A DNA stretch of 63,841 bases, filler included, from Octopus bimaculoides (Eukaryota): assembly GCF_001194135.2 (NCBI RefSeq). It is 7 parts of 6 records of this genome, joined end to end, with 100 filler letters (N's around TTAATTAATTAA, not from the genome) between each part and the next. Parts side by side here need not be neighbours in the genome. Positions count along the whole stretch, not along the records: positions 11,906 to 30,228 come from NC_068982.1; positions 30,329 to 38,776 come from NC_069003.1; 5 more parts are not named here. The stretch is one strand, 5' to 3'. A program made the position numbers and the translations under genes. Position 1 is the stretch's first letter, and every line of letters starts with the position of its first letter. Below the pieces are notes generated by a model that saw only the letters and a list, made by a program, of their open reading frames with translations, made no database searches and was not told the origin of the DNA. Of this stretch, positions 26,332-38,776 are shown one piece after another.

Positions 26332-26560
26332 ATATTGGTTTCGAATTTTGGCACAAAGCCAGCAATTTCGGGGGAGGGGCTAAGTTGACTATATCAACCC
26401 CAGTGCTTGACTGGTACTTATTCTATACTTATTCTATGACCCTGAAAGGATGAAAAACAAAATCGACCTCAGCTGAATTTGAACTCAGAATGTAAAGGTA
26501 GACAAACTGCTGCTAAGCATTTTGACTAGCATGCTACTGATTCTGACATCCAGTGTTGGT
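26332..26560 (-). mobile_element. SINE family A
   Basis: TTTCGAATTTTGGCACAAAGCCAG...GACCCTGAAAGGATGAAAAACAAAATCGACCTCAGCTGAATTTGAACTCAGAA. Confidence 0.8.
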
Positions 26561-26664
26561 TTGTTTACATTCCCCATAGCTTTGCAGTTTAGCAAATAGA
26601 ATAAGTACCAAAATTGAAAAATGAATATGAGGTCAATTTGTTTGACTAAATTCTTCAAGGCAGT

Positions 26665-27140
26665 GCCCCGCGTGGCTGTGTGGTAAGATGCTTGCTTCCC
26701 AACCACATGGTTCCGGGATCAGTCCCACTGTGTGGCATCTTGAGCAAGTGTCTTCTACTATAGCCTCAAGCCGACCAAAGCCTTGTGAGTGGATTTGATG
26801 GATGGAAACTGAGAGAAGCCTGTTGTATATATATGTATGTGTATATCTGTGTTTGTTCCCCCCACCGTCTCTTGATAACCTGCGTTGGTGTGTTTATGTC
26901 CCCCATATATATGTGTGTGTGTTTAGTGGATCATGCAGGCATGGGATGGATTTGATCCTCGATCACCAAATTTCACTTAACAGTTCAACAGCACTTTTCT
27001 CGCTGTAAAACAATAGCAGTTTGGCAATAGAGACTGATAGAATAAGTACTAGGCTTACAAAGAATTAGTCCTGGGATTGATTTGTTTGACTGATGCCCCA
27101 GCATGGCCACAGTCAAATGACTGAAACGAGTAAAAGAATA
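26665..27140 (+). mobile_element. SINE family B, full length
   Basis: Head CGTGGCTGTGTGGTAAGATGCTTGCTTCCCAACCACATGG through tail ATGACTGAAACGAGTAAAAGA. Confidence 0.85.
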
Positions 27141-27335
27141 AAACAATATATATTTTTAAAGAGAAGTGGAATCAAAGTGAATACTAGACGGGAGTAATTT
27201 TAGGTTGTCCAGTAATTATGGCTTTTAATTGGTTTATACAACACAGGATTGTGATGTTATGTACAAAACTGCAATTATGCAAACCCATCCAAAGCACAAC
27301 AGCATGGATAATTAGACTAAAATGGCTATCACACA

Positions 27336-27378
<43 letters not shown>

Positions 27379-27388
27379 NNNNNNNNNN

Positions 27389-27431
<43 letters not shown>

Positions 27432-27499
27432 TTATAAGCAAATATAAACATAGACGTAAACTTGATATTTATCTATAGACCAACAACAATGATGATGTT

Positions 27500-27715
27500 T
27501 TTTAATTTAAGCACAAGGCCAGCAGTTTTGATGGGAGGGGGTAATCAATACCGTTGACCTCAATACTTGTCTGTTACTCTATTTCAGTGACCTTGGAGGG
27601 ATGGAAAGCAATGTCGGCCTCATTGGGATTTGAACTCAGAGCATGAAGAACTAAAGCAAATATACCACAAGGCATTTTACTGACACGCTAGCAATTCTTC
27701 CAATCCACCCATCAT
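27500..27715 (-). mobile_element. SINE family A, degraded
   Basis: AAGCACAAGGCCAGCAG...GGATGGAAAGCAATGTCGGCCTC..GGATTTGAACTCAGAG. Confidence 0.7.
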
Positions 27716-27829
27716 TTCTAGCATAGGTACAGGACCTGAAATGTTGTTGGAGCAGGGATTAGTTGATTAAATTGACCGAAGTACAGGGTTGGGTAGAGAA
27801 AATGGACATATTTGAAAAATTTACAAAAT

Positions 27830-28799
27830 CATGGCTGCTTTGATTGACCTGCAGCTGTTGGACCTCCAGACTGCGAAGCTAACTTCCTAATCTTTCGGCA
27901 CTACACATGAGGTGGTCTGTCATTGCCCTCCCTAACTGGATGGCTGTTGACCCTCAAAGAGCTTATCCAGCCTTTGACAGGGTTTGTTTTTTTCACTCCT
28001 GCTGGGTGTCCAGACACCCTCCTCACAAAAGTTGCAATCTACTGAAGTTAAGGAGCTAGTTTAGTCGCCCATAGGTAGTACTAGTTTACACGGTACCTGC
28101 AGAAGTGACTCTTGACCTGACTGTGTTGTAGCATGTGCTGGGCGCTTTTTTGCCAAACAGAACGCAAGCACACAACCATAGTTGTTCAATAAGCAAAATC
28201 ACCACCTCATTGTAATCCGTATTATGGTGTAAATGGCTGTATTCCACTGACACCTGTTGTGTTGGCACTCCGTTACTTATGACGTCGAGGGTTCCAGTTG
28301 ATCCGATCAATGGAACAGCCTGCTCGTGAAATTAACGTGCAAGTGGCTAAGCACTCCACAGAAACGTGTACCCTTAACGTAGTTCTCGAGGAGATTCAGC
28401 GTGACACGGTGTGACAAGGCTGGCCCCTTTGAATTACAGGCACAACAGAAAAAGAAAGTAAGAGTGAGAGAAATTTGTGGTGAAAGAGTACAGCAGGGTT
28501 CGCCACCATCCCCTGCCGGAGCCTCGTGGAGCTTTAGGTGTTTTCGCTCAATAAACACCCACAACGCCCGGTCTGGAAATCAAAATCGCGATCCTATGAC
28601 CGCGAGTTGGGCCATTGCGCCTCCACACTGACACCTGTACCCCGAATGTAATCCTCAGGCCCAGGTGCAGTCATTCACCTAACTAACCTCTACAGTCTCA
28701 GTCTATACAGTTTTACTCACATGGCTGCTGTGATTGACCTGCAGCTGTTGGACCTCAACACTGCAAAGCTAACTCCCTAATCTCTCGGCACTACACATG
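27830..28799. repeat. Element bounded by 80-bp direct repeats (27830-27909, 28720-28799), split by a SINE
   Basis: CATGGCTGCT.TGATTGACCTGCAGCTGTTGGACCTC...CGGCACTACACATG present twice. Confidence 0.8.
28258..28625 (-). mobile_element. Young tRNA SINE with distinct head and family F tail, with 13-bp TSD
   Basis: TSD CACTGACACCTGT at 28245-28257 and 28626-28638; 3' half shared with family F; CpGs retained. Confidence 0.88.
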
Positions 28800-28953
28800 T
28801 TTGTGAGATTTGTGTGCTAACACTTGCAACATCTGTGTATTACAGCCTTTCGTTTTGTTAGTGCATAAAACTTATTTGTGTGTGTTCAACAAAATGGATA
28901 TTTTTATCTTTATTTACTTATTTTTCTAAACCTGTTGTTGTTGTTACTGTCAT

Positions 28954-28984
<31 letters not shown>

Positions 28985-29615
28985 CTCTCACTTTTTGACT
29001 AGCTTTTCTTCACCTTTGTGTATCATATAACCTTCATGCCTACTAAATTTTGTTGAAAAGATCAAGAACTAAGGACAGCTCTTCTTTAAAAAAACAACAA
29101 AACAAGATACAATATCCAGAAAGCAAATAAATCAAAAGGAGATACAAAAAAAATAAAAGAAATGAAAAGAAAAGAAAAGTGAGTCATCCTTGTTGTGACT
29201 CTGTTGTTGTTGTTGTTACTACTATCTGACTGATCTACCTTGCTTGAATGATAGCTACCACACCCACTTCATGGTTGACTGCTTTACTGGTTGGTTCATA
29301 GCTTAGTTTGACTAGTGGACTCTCTAGGAAATGATACCCAGTGTAAAAGATCCCTGTCCTCAATTCATACAAATGCTATCATTTCTAGTAGAATCCAATC
29401 TTCTTTCAAAGGCTAAACTCTGTATGTGTGTGTGTTAAATATTAAGTGGATGTAGTATGGATGAATGGTTAAAAAGTTTCATTTTACAATCACAAGGTAC
29501 CAGGTTTGTGAGTGAAAGAAACAGATTGAAACACTTCTCACTATGTTTTGATAGTAATGATTGTAGAACACCTGAGGCAGTAGATAGTCTGGACAGACAT
29601 GTAGTTTTTAAAGGT

Positions 29616-29646
<31 letters not shown>

Positions 29647-29702
29647 TGGGAAGCCATTCGTCAAGATGTAAGGTGGTAATTCTTTCAATATTGGCATAAT
29701 TA

Positions 29703-29865
29703 TAAGGCAGCAAGCTGGCAAAAACATTAGCGCGCCAGGCAAAATGCTTAGCAGTATTTCATCAGTCTTTACATTCTCAGTTCAAATTCTGCTGGAGTCA
29801 GTTTGTTCGACTAAAGGCGGTGCTCCAGCATGGCGACAGTCAAATGACTGGAACAAGTAAGAGAA
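29703..29865 (+). mobile_element. Truncated family A head joined to family B tail
   Basis: AAGGCAGCAAGCTGGCA...TTCTCAGTTCAAATTCTGC then GTTTGTTCGACTAAAGGCGGTGCTCCAGCATGG. Confidence 0.65.
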
Positions 29866-30095
29866 TATATATAATACGTACCCAACTCTTCGAAACGCCG
29901 GTGTTAAAACGGGGGTAGCTGATGAAGGAAAATGTTCTCTATGTGGCTTGTGTGTTTTCTGTACTCTGGTTATTATTATTTCTTCTCTACGTTTTGTTTG
30001 CTATGTCCTGTACCCAGATATGCACCTATATATACAGGTAGACGTAGATATGCACACACCTGTACGTATATATGCATATACTCATTTATTATTTG

Positions 30096-30127
<32 letters not shown>

Positions 30128-30679
30128 CTTTTTATAAAGATATGCATGCAGTCAGAAGTGGTTTGCATGGAGGAGAGAGAGAGAGGGTGAGAGAGAGAGA
30201 GAGAGAGTGAGAGTAGTGAGAAAGAGAANNNNNNNNNNNNNNNNNNNNNNNNNNNNNNNNNNNNNNNNNNNNTTAATTAATTAANNNNNNNNNNNNNNNN
30301 NNNNNNNNNNNNNNNNNNNNNNNNNNNNAACATTAGTTTTGCGGGTCGAAACTGCAATTATCCTTAGCAAGCTAGCTGCTGAGAGTTTAATCTCGTTTAC
30401 TTCTTTTGTGACGTTTGTCATGTGCTTGTGTTGTTTCTTCCCATTCTTTACGATCGCCTACGAACATATTTCCTTAAACTTTTGGCTCTGTGTATGTATG
30501 TGCATATGTGTGTGTGTGTGTGTGTGCGTGCGTGAGTGTGTGTAGATGCGCATATACTTATAGATATACATAAACTCACAAACACGCAGAATTATATTCA
30601 TTTGCATATAAATATATATGTATATATGCATGCATATATGTATGTGTATGTGTCTATGTATAAGAATACACACACACAC

Positions 30680-30723
<44 letters not shown>

Positions 30724-31111
30724 GCATGCAACTAAAACCTTATCTGTTGCTATCTTAGGTCGCTCTTTGTCAACAGCGTCCGATTTAAAGTAAAACAAAT
30801 GATATACATGCTTCGATGTATGTATGTGTACATATGTATGTACGTATGTATGTATGTATGTATGTATGTATGTATGTATGTGTGTATGTATGTGTGTGTA
30901 TGTATGTCTGTGTGTATGTATGCGTGTGTGTGTGCATGTATGTGTGCGTGCCTGTATCGACAGAAAGAACCGAATGCCTGTCTTGCGGCGTCGGGAAGAG
31001 TAATAACTCTAATAGCGGCCATAACAATAACGACAATGACCCAAGCTAATCAGCTTAGGTGTGTCCCGGATTCTTTACCACCTCACCTACACACGCACAC
31101 ACACACACACG

Positions 31112-31145
<34 letters not shown>

Positions 31146-31159
31146 NNNNNNNNNNTGAC

Positions 31160-31194
<35 letters not shown>

Positions 31195-31280
31195 CGATGA
31201 CGACACTTTAAACTGGCTTAGCCAAGTGAGAACGAGCGTTGAAAATAACTAACACATACAAACAACACACCACACACTCA

Positions 31281-31311
<31 letters not shown>

Positions 31312-31347
31312 GCAATACATAATATACATATACGCAATAATTACACC

Positions 31348-31378
<31 letters not shown>

Positions 31379-31482
31379 GGTGTTTTCAGGTAAGCTAATT
31401 TCATACATAAGACGTTGTGTGTCGGCGTGAACAACTCAGAGCGGACACGACCAACCCAACGGGTTTGTTTGCTGTTTGGTAG

Positions 31483-31548
31483 ATCCCCAAAGCTGAAGAA
31501 ATTCAGATGAGCTTTCCGTTCAAGAACCAGGCAATGGCTACAGTAGAG
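31483..31548 (+). CDS. Candidate internal coding exon (IPKAEEIQMSFPFKNQAMATVE), product unknown
   Basis: Acceptor TTTGTTTGCTGTTTGGTAG and strong donor GAG|GTAAGA; 66 nt, open only in phase 0; not repeat-like. Confidence 0.4.
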
Positions 31549-32531
31549 GTAAGACACAACAGGTTCTATATTCGTACTCTCTTTAGGCTTATATCTATAT
31601 ATACACAGACATACATACATATGTATATATGTAGGTATATATATANNNNNNNNNNNNNNNNNNNNNNNNNNNNNNNNNNNNNNNNNNNNNNNNNNNNNNN
31701 NNNNNNNNNNNNNNNNNNNNNNNNNNNNNNNNNNNNNNNNNNNNNNNNNNNNNNNNNNNNNNNNNNNNNNNNNNNNNNNNNNNNNNNNNNNNNNNNNNNN
31801 NNNNNNNNNNNNNNNNNNNNNNNNNNNNNNNNNNNNNNNNNNNNNNNNNNNNNNNNNNNNNNNNNNNNNNNNNNNNNNNNNNNNNNNNNNNNNNNNNNNN
31901 NNNNNNNNNNNNNNNNNNNNNNNNNNNNNNNNNNNNNNNNNNNNNNNNNNNNNNNNNNNNNNNNNNNNNNNNNNNNNNNNNNNNNNNNNNNNNNNNNNNN
32001 NNNNNNNNNNNNNNNNNNNNNNNNNNNNNNNNNNNNNNNNNNNNNNNNNNNNNNNNNNNNNNNNNNNNNNNNNNNNNNNNNNNNNNNNNNNNNNNNNNNN
32101 NNNNNNNNNNNNNNNNNNNNNNNNNNNNNNNNNNNNNNNNNNNNNNNNNNNNNNNNNNNNNNNNNNNNNNNNNNNNNNNNNNNNNNNNNNNNNNNNNNNN
32201 NNNNNNNNNNNNNNNNNNNNNNNNNNNNNNNNNNNNNNNNNNNNNNNNNNNNNNNNNNNNNNNNNNNNNNNNNNNNNNNNNNNNNNNNNNNNNNNNNNNN
32301 NNNNNNNNNNNNNNNNNNNNNNNNNNNNNNNNNNNNNNNNNNNNNNNNNNNNNNNNNNNNNNNNNNNNNNNNNNNNNNNNNNNNNNNNNNNNNNNNNNNN
32401 NNNNNNNNNNNNNNNNNNNNNNNNNNNNNNNNNNNNNNNNNNNNNNNNNNNNNNNNNNNNNNNNNNNNNNNNNNNNNNNNNNNNNNNNNNNNNNNNNNNN
32501 NNNNNNNNNNNNNNNNNNNNNNNNNNNNNNN

Positions 32532-32566
<35 letters not shown>

Positions 32567-32578
32567 TGATAATGATAC

Positions 32579-32626
<48 letters not shown>

Positions 32627-33159
32627 TGTATTTGAGGACGTAAAAACTTTAGTATTTAACTTGTTACATCTTTAAAGCTGCGGCCATGCTGGGGCACCAC
32701 CGTTTGTTGGTATTTTGTATCTATTTCTATTAGTTTTTCCATTGCATTTCACTAAATATTTCTGTTGCCCTACATAAACTGTAATGGTTTCTACCTACCT
32801 ATATTTTGTGATAAATGTTTCTGTTTATGCCAGGCTCTGCCTGATACCGTCTAAACGCCGCAATTATATTTTCTAGTTTTGTCTGTCTAGTCTTGTAAAT
32901 TCATTTACTGCCGCCCACTTGTCAATATTTAACTATAGTATATTACTAGATTTATTATATCGACAATTGTAAGTCGTTATACACTGCTGGTCGCGCAATG
33001 ATGTCACCTCGTTGCCTAGACTGCATTCCTTCTGAACGGGGGACTGGGTGAACTGGGGCTACGTGAAATGGAAACCACAATCTTACGATCATGAGTGTAA
33101 AACCTTATCCACCAAGCCACGTCCCTTCACTATACTGTTATAATGTCTAAATATATATG

Positions 33160-33363
33160 CAAGGGGTTGCTGAAAAGTTCCTGGCTTTGGGGTAAAAGAA
33201 AATATTGGAGGCTCAGTTAATTATGATTTTAATTCACATATTCGCCTCTCAGACTCAAACACATATCGCAGCGATCCTTCGGGTTTTCTAAGACCTGCAA
33301 AAGAAATCAGTAAGTTGGGCCTCCAACCAAGCCTTTTGTGACACTCTTTTCAGCACCTCCCCG
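33160..33363. mobile_element. Mariner-derived MITE
   Basis: Decayed TIRs CAAGGGGTTGCTGAAAAG / CTTTTCAGCACCTCCCCG. Confidence 0.65.
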
Positions 33364-34826
33364 TGTGTGTATATATATATGTGTGCATGCATGTGTATTT
33401 AGGTGTATGTATGTATATATGTGTGTGTGTGTGTGTGTTTGTGTGAGTGCGTACGCATGTGCAAATGGACGAAAGGATTTACGAGCCGAAGCGGATTCTG
33501 TTTTTAATAAATTCGAGATCTTCCTCTCAGGATGGAACTGGTTTCTAACAAACATACAAAACTACAATTTAGATAACAAAAACAACGTCATATTTTAAGC
33601 TTGAGAAAAGTCTTGCAGATCTTTACTGTTCCGCTTACAGATTGTGTTTATAATGTGCGAATCAGATGGTTGACTTCTTTCTCTGAAAATCCAGGCTGAT
33701 CCAGACTGACCGTTGGGTTTTTAATTACAAAGCCAAATGCACCAATTATTTTTGGTAGAAATGTAAATTTATAATCTAGATATGTAATCTGGATATAGAA
33801 GCGGTTTATGTATGTATGCATGTATGCAGGCATATATGTGTATGCGTATATATGTGTGGGGGGTGCGCGCGCGCGTTTATGAGTGTGTGTGTGTGTGTGT
33901 GTGTGTGCGTGCGCGTTTAATGGATTCAGTATTGAACTTCTCAAACATATGTTACATTTGAAACCTGAGAACTTCTTTAAACTCTAAAAACATTGATTTC
34001 TTAAATTATTTTTTATTTTATAAAATAGGGAAAAAAAAGGAAGCATAAACAGACGCGTAAATAATGAAACATTTTGTTTAATACAAAAGCTCTGTCTACA
34101 TGGATGCATGCGCTCGTTTATAATAGACATATATACACACATNNNNNNNNNNNNNNNNNNNNNNNNNNNNNNNNNNNNNNNNNNNNNNNNNNNNNNNNNN
34201 NNNNNNNNNNNNNNNNNNNNNNNNNNNNNNNNNNNNNNNNNNNNNNNNNNNNNNNNNNNNNNNNNNNNNNNNNNNNNNNNNNNNNNNNNNNNNNNNNNNN
34301 NNNNNNNNNNNNNNNNNNNNNNNNNNNNNNNNNNNNNNNNNNNNNNNNNNNNNNNNNNNNNNNNNNNNNNNNNNNNNNNNNNNNNNNNNNNNNNNNNNNN
34401 NNNNNNNNNNNNNNNNNNNNNNNNNNNNNNNNNNNNNNNNNNNNNNNNNNNNNNNNNNNNNNNNNNNNNNNNNNNNNNNNNNNNNNNNNNNNNNNNNNNN
34501 NNNNNNNNNNNNNNNNNNNNNNNNNNNNNNNNNNNNNNNNNNNNNNNNNNNNNNNNNNNNNNNNNNNNNNNNNNNNNNNNNNNNNNNNNNNNNNNNNNNN
34601 NNNNNNNNNNNNNNNNNNNNNNNNNNNNNNNNNNNNNNNNNNNNNNNNNNNNNNNNNNNNNNNNNNNNNNNNNNNNNNNNNNNNNNNNNNNNNNNNNNNN
34701 NNNNNNNNNNNNNNNNNNNNNNNNNNNNNNNNNNNNNNNNNNNNNNNNNNNNNNNNNNNNNNNNNNNNNNNNNNNNNNNNNNNNNNNNNNNNNNNNNNNN
34801 NNNNNNNNNNNNNNNNNNNNNNNNNN

Positions 34827-34861
<35 letters not shown>

Positions 34862-34958
34862 CTATGTGCAGATGTATGCATGTTCATTATTTTTCTGTTT
34901 ATGCATATATGCGTGTGAGCGTGTGTGTGTACTATGTACCCGTGTATATATGTACATG

Positions 34959-34998
<40 letters not shown>

Positions 34999-35097
34999 CA
35001 GACAGACTGATCGAGACAGAGAGAGAGAGAGAACTGCTATTTCTAGTAGATTGAGTGGTCATATAGAGATTGGTTTTAGCGACCAACCGGCGCTCAC

Positions 35098-35130
35098 CGA
35101 AACAGACCTCTCGGCGCGACAATAAGACGT
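35098..35130 (-). CDS. Candidate 33-nt symmetric micro-exon
   Basis: Minus-strand acceptor TTCATCTGTGCAG and donor TCG|GTGAGC; open in all three frames; CpG-rich island between microsatellites. Confidence 0.3.
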
Positions 35131-35355
35131 CTGCACAGATGAACATGTGCACCTGTGCACAGTTTTGTTTACTTTATGTTGTGTGTGTGTGTGTGTGTGT
35201 ATGTCTTAGATTGTATGTGCGTGGACACATCTATGTATGTGTGTATGTGCGTGTATGTGAGGAGATTATGCATGTATTCATATTTGAATAGATTATATGT
35301 GCAGATGTTTACATCTGCATGTTGCGCAGTGACCTTGAAAGGTGTGTGTATGTGT

Positions 35356-35418
<63 letters not shown>

Positions 35419-35962
35419 ATGAAGCATGGCCAAATAGTTAAAACGTTCGCTTCGCAATCACGCAGCGACGGGTTCGATCACACCTACACCTGTTGTGTGT
35501 CTTACATTATTAAATGATTGTATTACTTTTATAAAGCATTTTTTTAATTATCTAAACGAAAAATTCTCCAAGCCTGTCAGCTATTCACAATGAGTGGATG
35601 ACAACAAAATCATAGCAGTGGAGAGCCACTTGGTGGATGATTGAAGTTACATAAGACATCGCAGCCAGAAATACAAGTTTTACATCCTGTGTAATTTTAT
35701 TCTCTTGACCAAAACATAAACAACTAAAACAGTTGATCTGAAAGAAGATAAAGTTAACATACAGTATTCTTCCCATAACACGCAGTTGATTCAGGAGAAA
35801 TTCAAAGTTTCCTACTTTATTCAAGCATATTCTTGTAACATTATATTTACATATAAAGAATCATAGAGATTCCCCGAATAAAACCACTTCAAATGTCTTT
35901 GAAGAAGTTCGTGATGAAACATATCAAACTTGTTTTTCTTTCTTACTTTTAAAACAGGAGAG

Positions 35963-36003
35963 CTTCTTATGCGCAGGCGCATCTTATACGCCAGCAAATA
36001 TGG
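35963..36003. mobile_element. pogo/Tc2-like terminal inverted repeat remnant
   Basis: Reverse complement CCATATTTGCTGGCGTATAAGATGCGCCTGCGCATAAGAAG resembles CCGTATTT..GCGTATAAGACG ends; partner TIR not found. Confidence 0.45.
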
Positions 36004-36026
36004 TGGTTGTTGTTGCATAACCCTAG

Positions 36027-36295
36027 GTCTGTCGTGTTCCAGTTGTCCTGCAACACATAGATATTCAACCGAACGACGAAACGCTATTTACAAATCCGTC
36101 ATCGTTCTTCTGTCATCACACTCCAGCCAAACCGACACCCATGTTGTGGCAGGCAATGATGACAGTCTGCACACGCCTTGCACTCTGGTTACTATCCAGG
36201 ATATTGACAGAGGCTTATGGAATCTGTGTACAGTGACCACAATGGAGGTGGACAAGGTGGACTTGGTCAAAGCACGGCTGTTCATCTTCATTTAA
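36027..36295 (+). CDS. Candidate coding segment containing a GLWNLC motif; boundaries uncertain (minimal exon 36200-36247)
   Basis: About 270 bp of GC-richer non-repetitive sequence with two open plus frames; DIDRGLWNLCTVTTME between CCAG| and GAG|GTGGAC (weak donor). Confidence 0.25.
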
Positions 36296-36757
36296 TTTTG
36301 TTGATGCTGATGGCTGCGCTGGTCGAGTTGGTGATGGTTGTTGTTGGTGGTGGTGGTGGAGGTGGTGGTGGTGGTGGTGGAGGTGGTGGTGGTGGGTGTG
36401 GTGATGATGATGATGATGATGATACTGNNNNNNNNNNNNNNNNNNNNNNNNNNNNNNNNNNNNNNNNNNNNNNNNNNNNNNNNNNNNNNNNNNNNNNNNN
36501 NNNNNNNNNNNNNNNNNNNNNNNNNNNNNNNNNNNNNNNNNNNNNNNNNNNNNNNNNNNNNNNNNNNNNNNNNNNNNNNNNNNNNNNNNNNNNNNNNNNN
36601 NNNNNNNGTTTGAAGAAGTCACGTAAAGAAATGATGTAATATGGTAGATTGATGTAGAAGTGTAATATTGGCTGCAGGGGGCGCTCAAGTATACAGTGTT
36701 GGTGCATAAATTCTGAATATCCGGTTTCAGTTGTATGGACAGATAAATGTATAAAAT

Positions 36758-36795
<38 letters not shown>

Positions 36796-36805
36796 TACAA
36801 ACACA

Positions 36806-36846
<41 letters not shown>

Positions 36847-38291
36847 TGTATATATATGTGCATGTGTGCGTGTGTATGTGCGTGTGCATGCGTGTGTCTG
36901 TGTGTGTGTGTATGTGTAATATGGTCAGTAATTTATATATCCGAAAACGAAGCAGCAGCCACAGATGGGAGCATTAATCCGGATGACTGAGGAGAAATGC
37001 CCTCCATAGGAGTAGCAAGATATCCTTATTTCTGTTTCTGAATGAACTAAGGATCCATCCAGCTACTCGCCTGCACATTGGTGCCATCCTGACAATATGC
37101 ACATGAAATGTTGCATCATTACTCATGTGGATTCCCAGGTCACGCATCGATTCTAACTCTGAGATTGCACTGCCCTCTGCTCCTTAATCTACCTTCCTCT
37201 AAATTGAAATTACTACTACCCCTCCAATTAGATTATATAGAAATTAAATTCTTGTTTGATTCACGAGACTGTTGAATGGCAGCCCAGTCAAGATGGTATT
37301 TTTTCTTCGCTTACTCTTGTTTTTTGCACACATCTACAAAATGACTTTCTAAAATGAAATTCCATTATGCAGCTGAGGAGTACATTTTCATTGCACATCT
37401 TATGTAGTGTTCTCACTACATGAATAAATGAAGTTTGTACGAAACGTACGTACTGCTATAACCTATTGAATTTTTGTTGTTTTTCTTCAAATTTTNNNNN
37501 NNNNNNNNNNNNNNNNNNNNNNNNNNNNNNNNNNNNNNNNNNNNNNNNNNNNNNNNNNNNNNNNNNNNNNNNNNNNNNNNNNNNNNNNNNNNNNNNNNNN
37601 NNNNNNNNNNNNNNNNNNNNNNNNNNNNNNNNNNNNNNNNNNNNNNNNNNNNNNNNNNNNNNNNNNNNNNNNNNNNNNNNNNNNNNNNNNNNNNNNNNNN
37701 NNNNNNNNNNNNNNNNNNNNNNNNNNNNNNNNNNNNNNNNNNNNNNNNNNNNNNNNNNNNNNNNNNNNNNNNNNNNNNNNNNNNNNNNNNNNNNNNNNNN
37801 NNNNNNNNNNNNNNNNNNNNNNNNNNNNNNNNNNNNNNNNNNNNNNNNNNNNNNNNNNNNNNNNNNNNNNNNNNNNNNNNNNNNNNNNNNNNNNNNNNNN
37901 NNNNNNNNNNNNNNNNNNNNNNNNNNNNNNNNNNNNNNNNNNNNNNNNNNNNNNNNNNNNNNNNNNNNNNNNNNNNNNNNNNNNNNNNNNNNNNNNNNNN
38001 NNNNNNNNNNNNNNNNNNNNNNNNNNNNNNNNNNNNNNNNNNNNNNNNNNNNNNNNNNNNNNNNNNNNNNNNNNNNNNNNNNNNNNNNNNNNNNNNNNNN
38101 NNNNNNNNNNNNNNNNNNNNNNNNNNNNNNNNNNNNNNNNNNNNNNNNNNNNNNNNNNNNNNNNNNNNNNNNNNNNNNNNNNNNNNNNNNNNNNNNNNNN
38201 NNNNNNNNNNNNNNNNNNNNNNNNNNNNNNNNNNNNNNNNNNNNNNNNNNNNNNNNNNNNNNNNNNNNNNNNNNNNNNNNNNNNNNNNNNN

Positions 38292-38340
<49 letters not shown>

Positions 38341-38386
38341 CTCTATCTCTCTCTCTCTCTCTCGTAATGTCGCTTGTTGGAATCAG

Positions 38387-38502
38387 TGAATCACTTAAAG
38401 AACCTGATACATGGCGCATGACGTAACGTTGGATGAGCTGCAGGTCTCGTGAATAGCAGGAACACGTGATTACAACCAAATCCCCGTTTCATGATGACGC
38501 AA
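38387..38502. promoter_or_regulatory. Cluster of bZIP/bHLH-type motifs
   Basis: TGAATCA 38387, TGACGTAA 38419, CACGTG 38463 and TGACGCAA 38495 within 116 bp of CpG-retaining sequence between pyrimidine microsatellites. Confidence 0.3.
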
Positions 38503-38679
38503 CTCCCTCTCCTTCTCTTTCCTCTTTTTCCTCTCCTTCTCTCTCCCTATCTTTCAGCCTTTCCATGTCCCACTGATTCCCTTAGCTCCCCCCCCCTCGT
38601 CCCGTTACTTTCTTTCACTTTCTATCCATTAATCACTCTTTGCCTTTCTTCCCCATTGGCTCTCTCTCTAATCTTCCAA

Positions 38680-38776
38680 TTCTTCTTCTTCTTCTTCTTC
38701 TTCTTCTTCTTCTTCTTCTTCTTCTTCTTCTTCTTCTTCTTCTTCTTCTTCTTCTTCTTCTTCTTCTTCTTCTTCT
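38680..38776. repeat. (CTT)n microsatellite
   Basis: Direct reading. Confidence 0.95.

Noticed and set aside
29923-30047. Hydrophobic frame MKENVLYVACVFSVLWLLLFLLYVLFAM as a possible TM1 or first exon
   Set aside because: T-rich DNA gives hydrophobic frames by chance, the donor phase does not fit the downstream exon, and an unknown-size gap follows.
35947-36047. Minus-strand 101-nt exon candidate QLEHDRPRVMQQQPP...SPVLK with GTAAGA donor
   Set aside because: Half of it resembles a pogo/Tc2 terminal repeat and it overlaps the plus-strand candidate.
36217-36340. GPI-signal-like peptide GGGQGGLGQSTAVHLHLILLMLMAALVELVM
   Set aside because: No stop after the hydrophobic run (reads into (GGT)n) and no usable acceptor in that frame.
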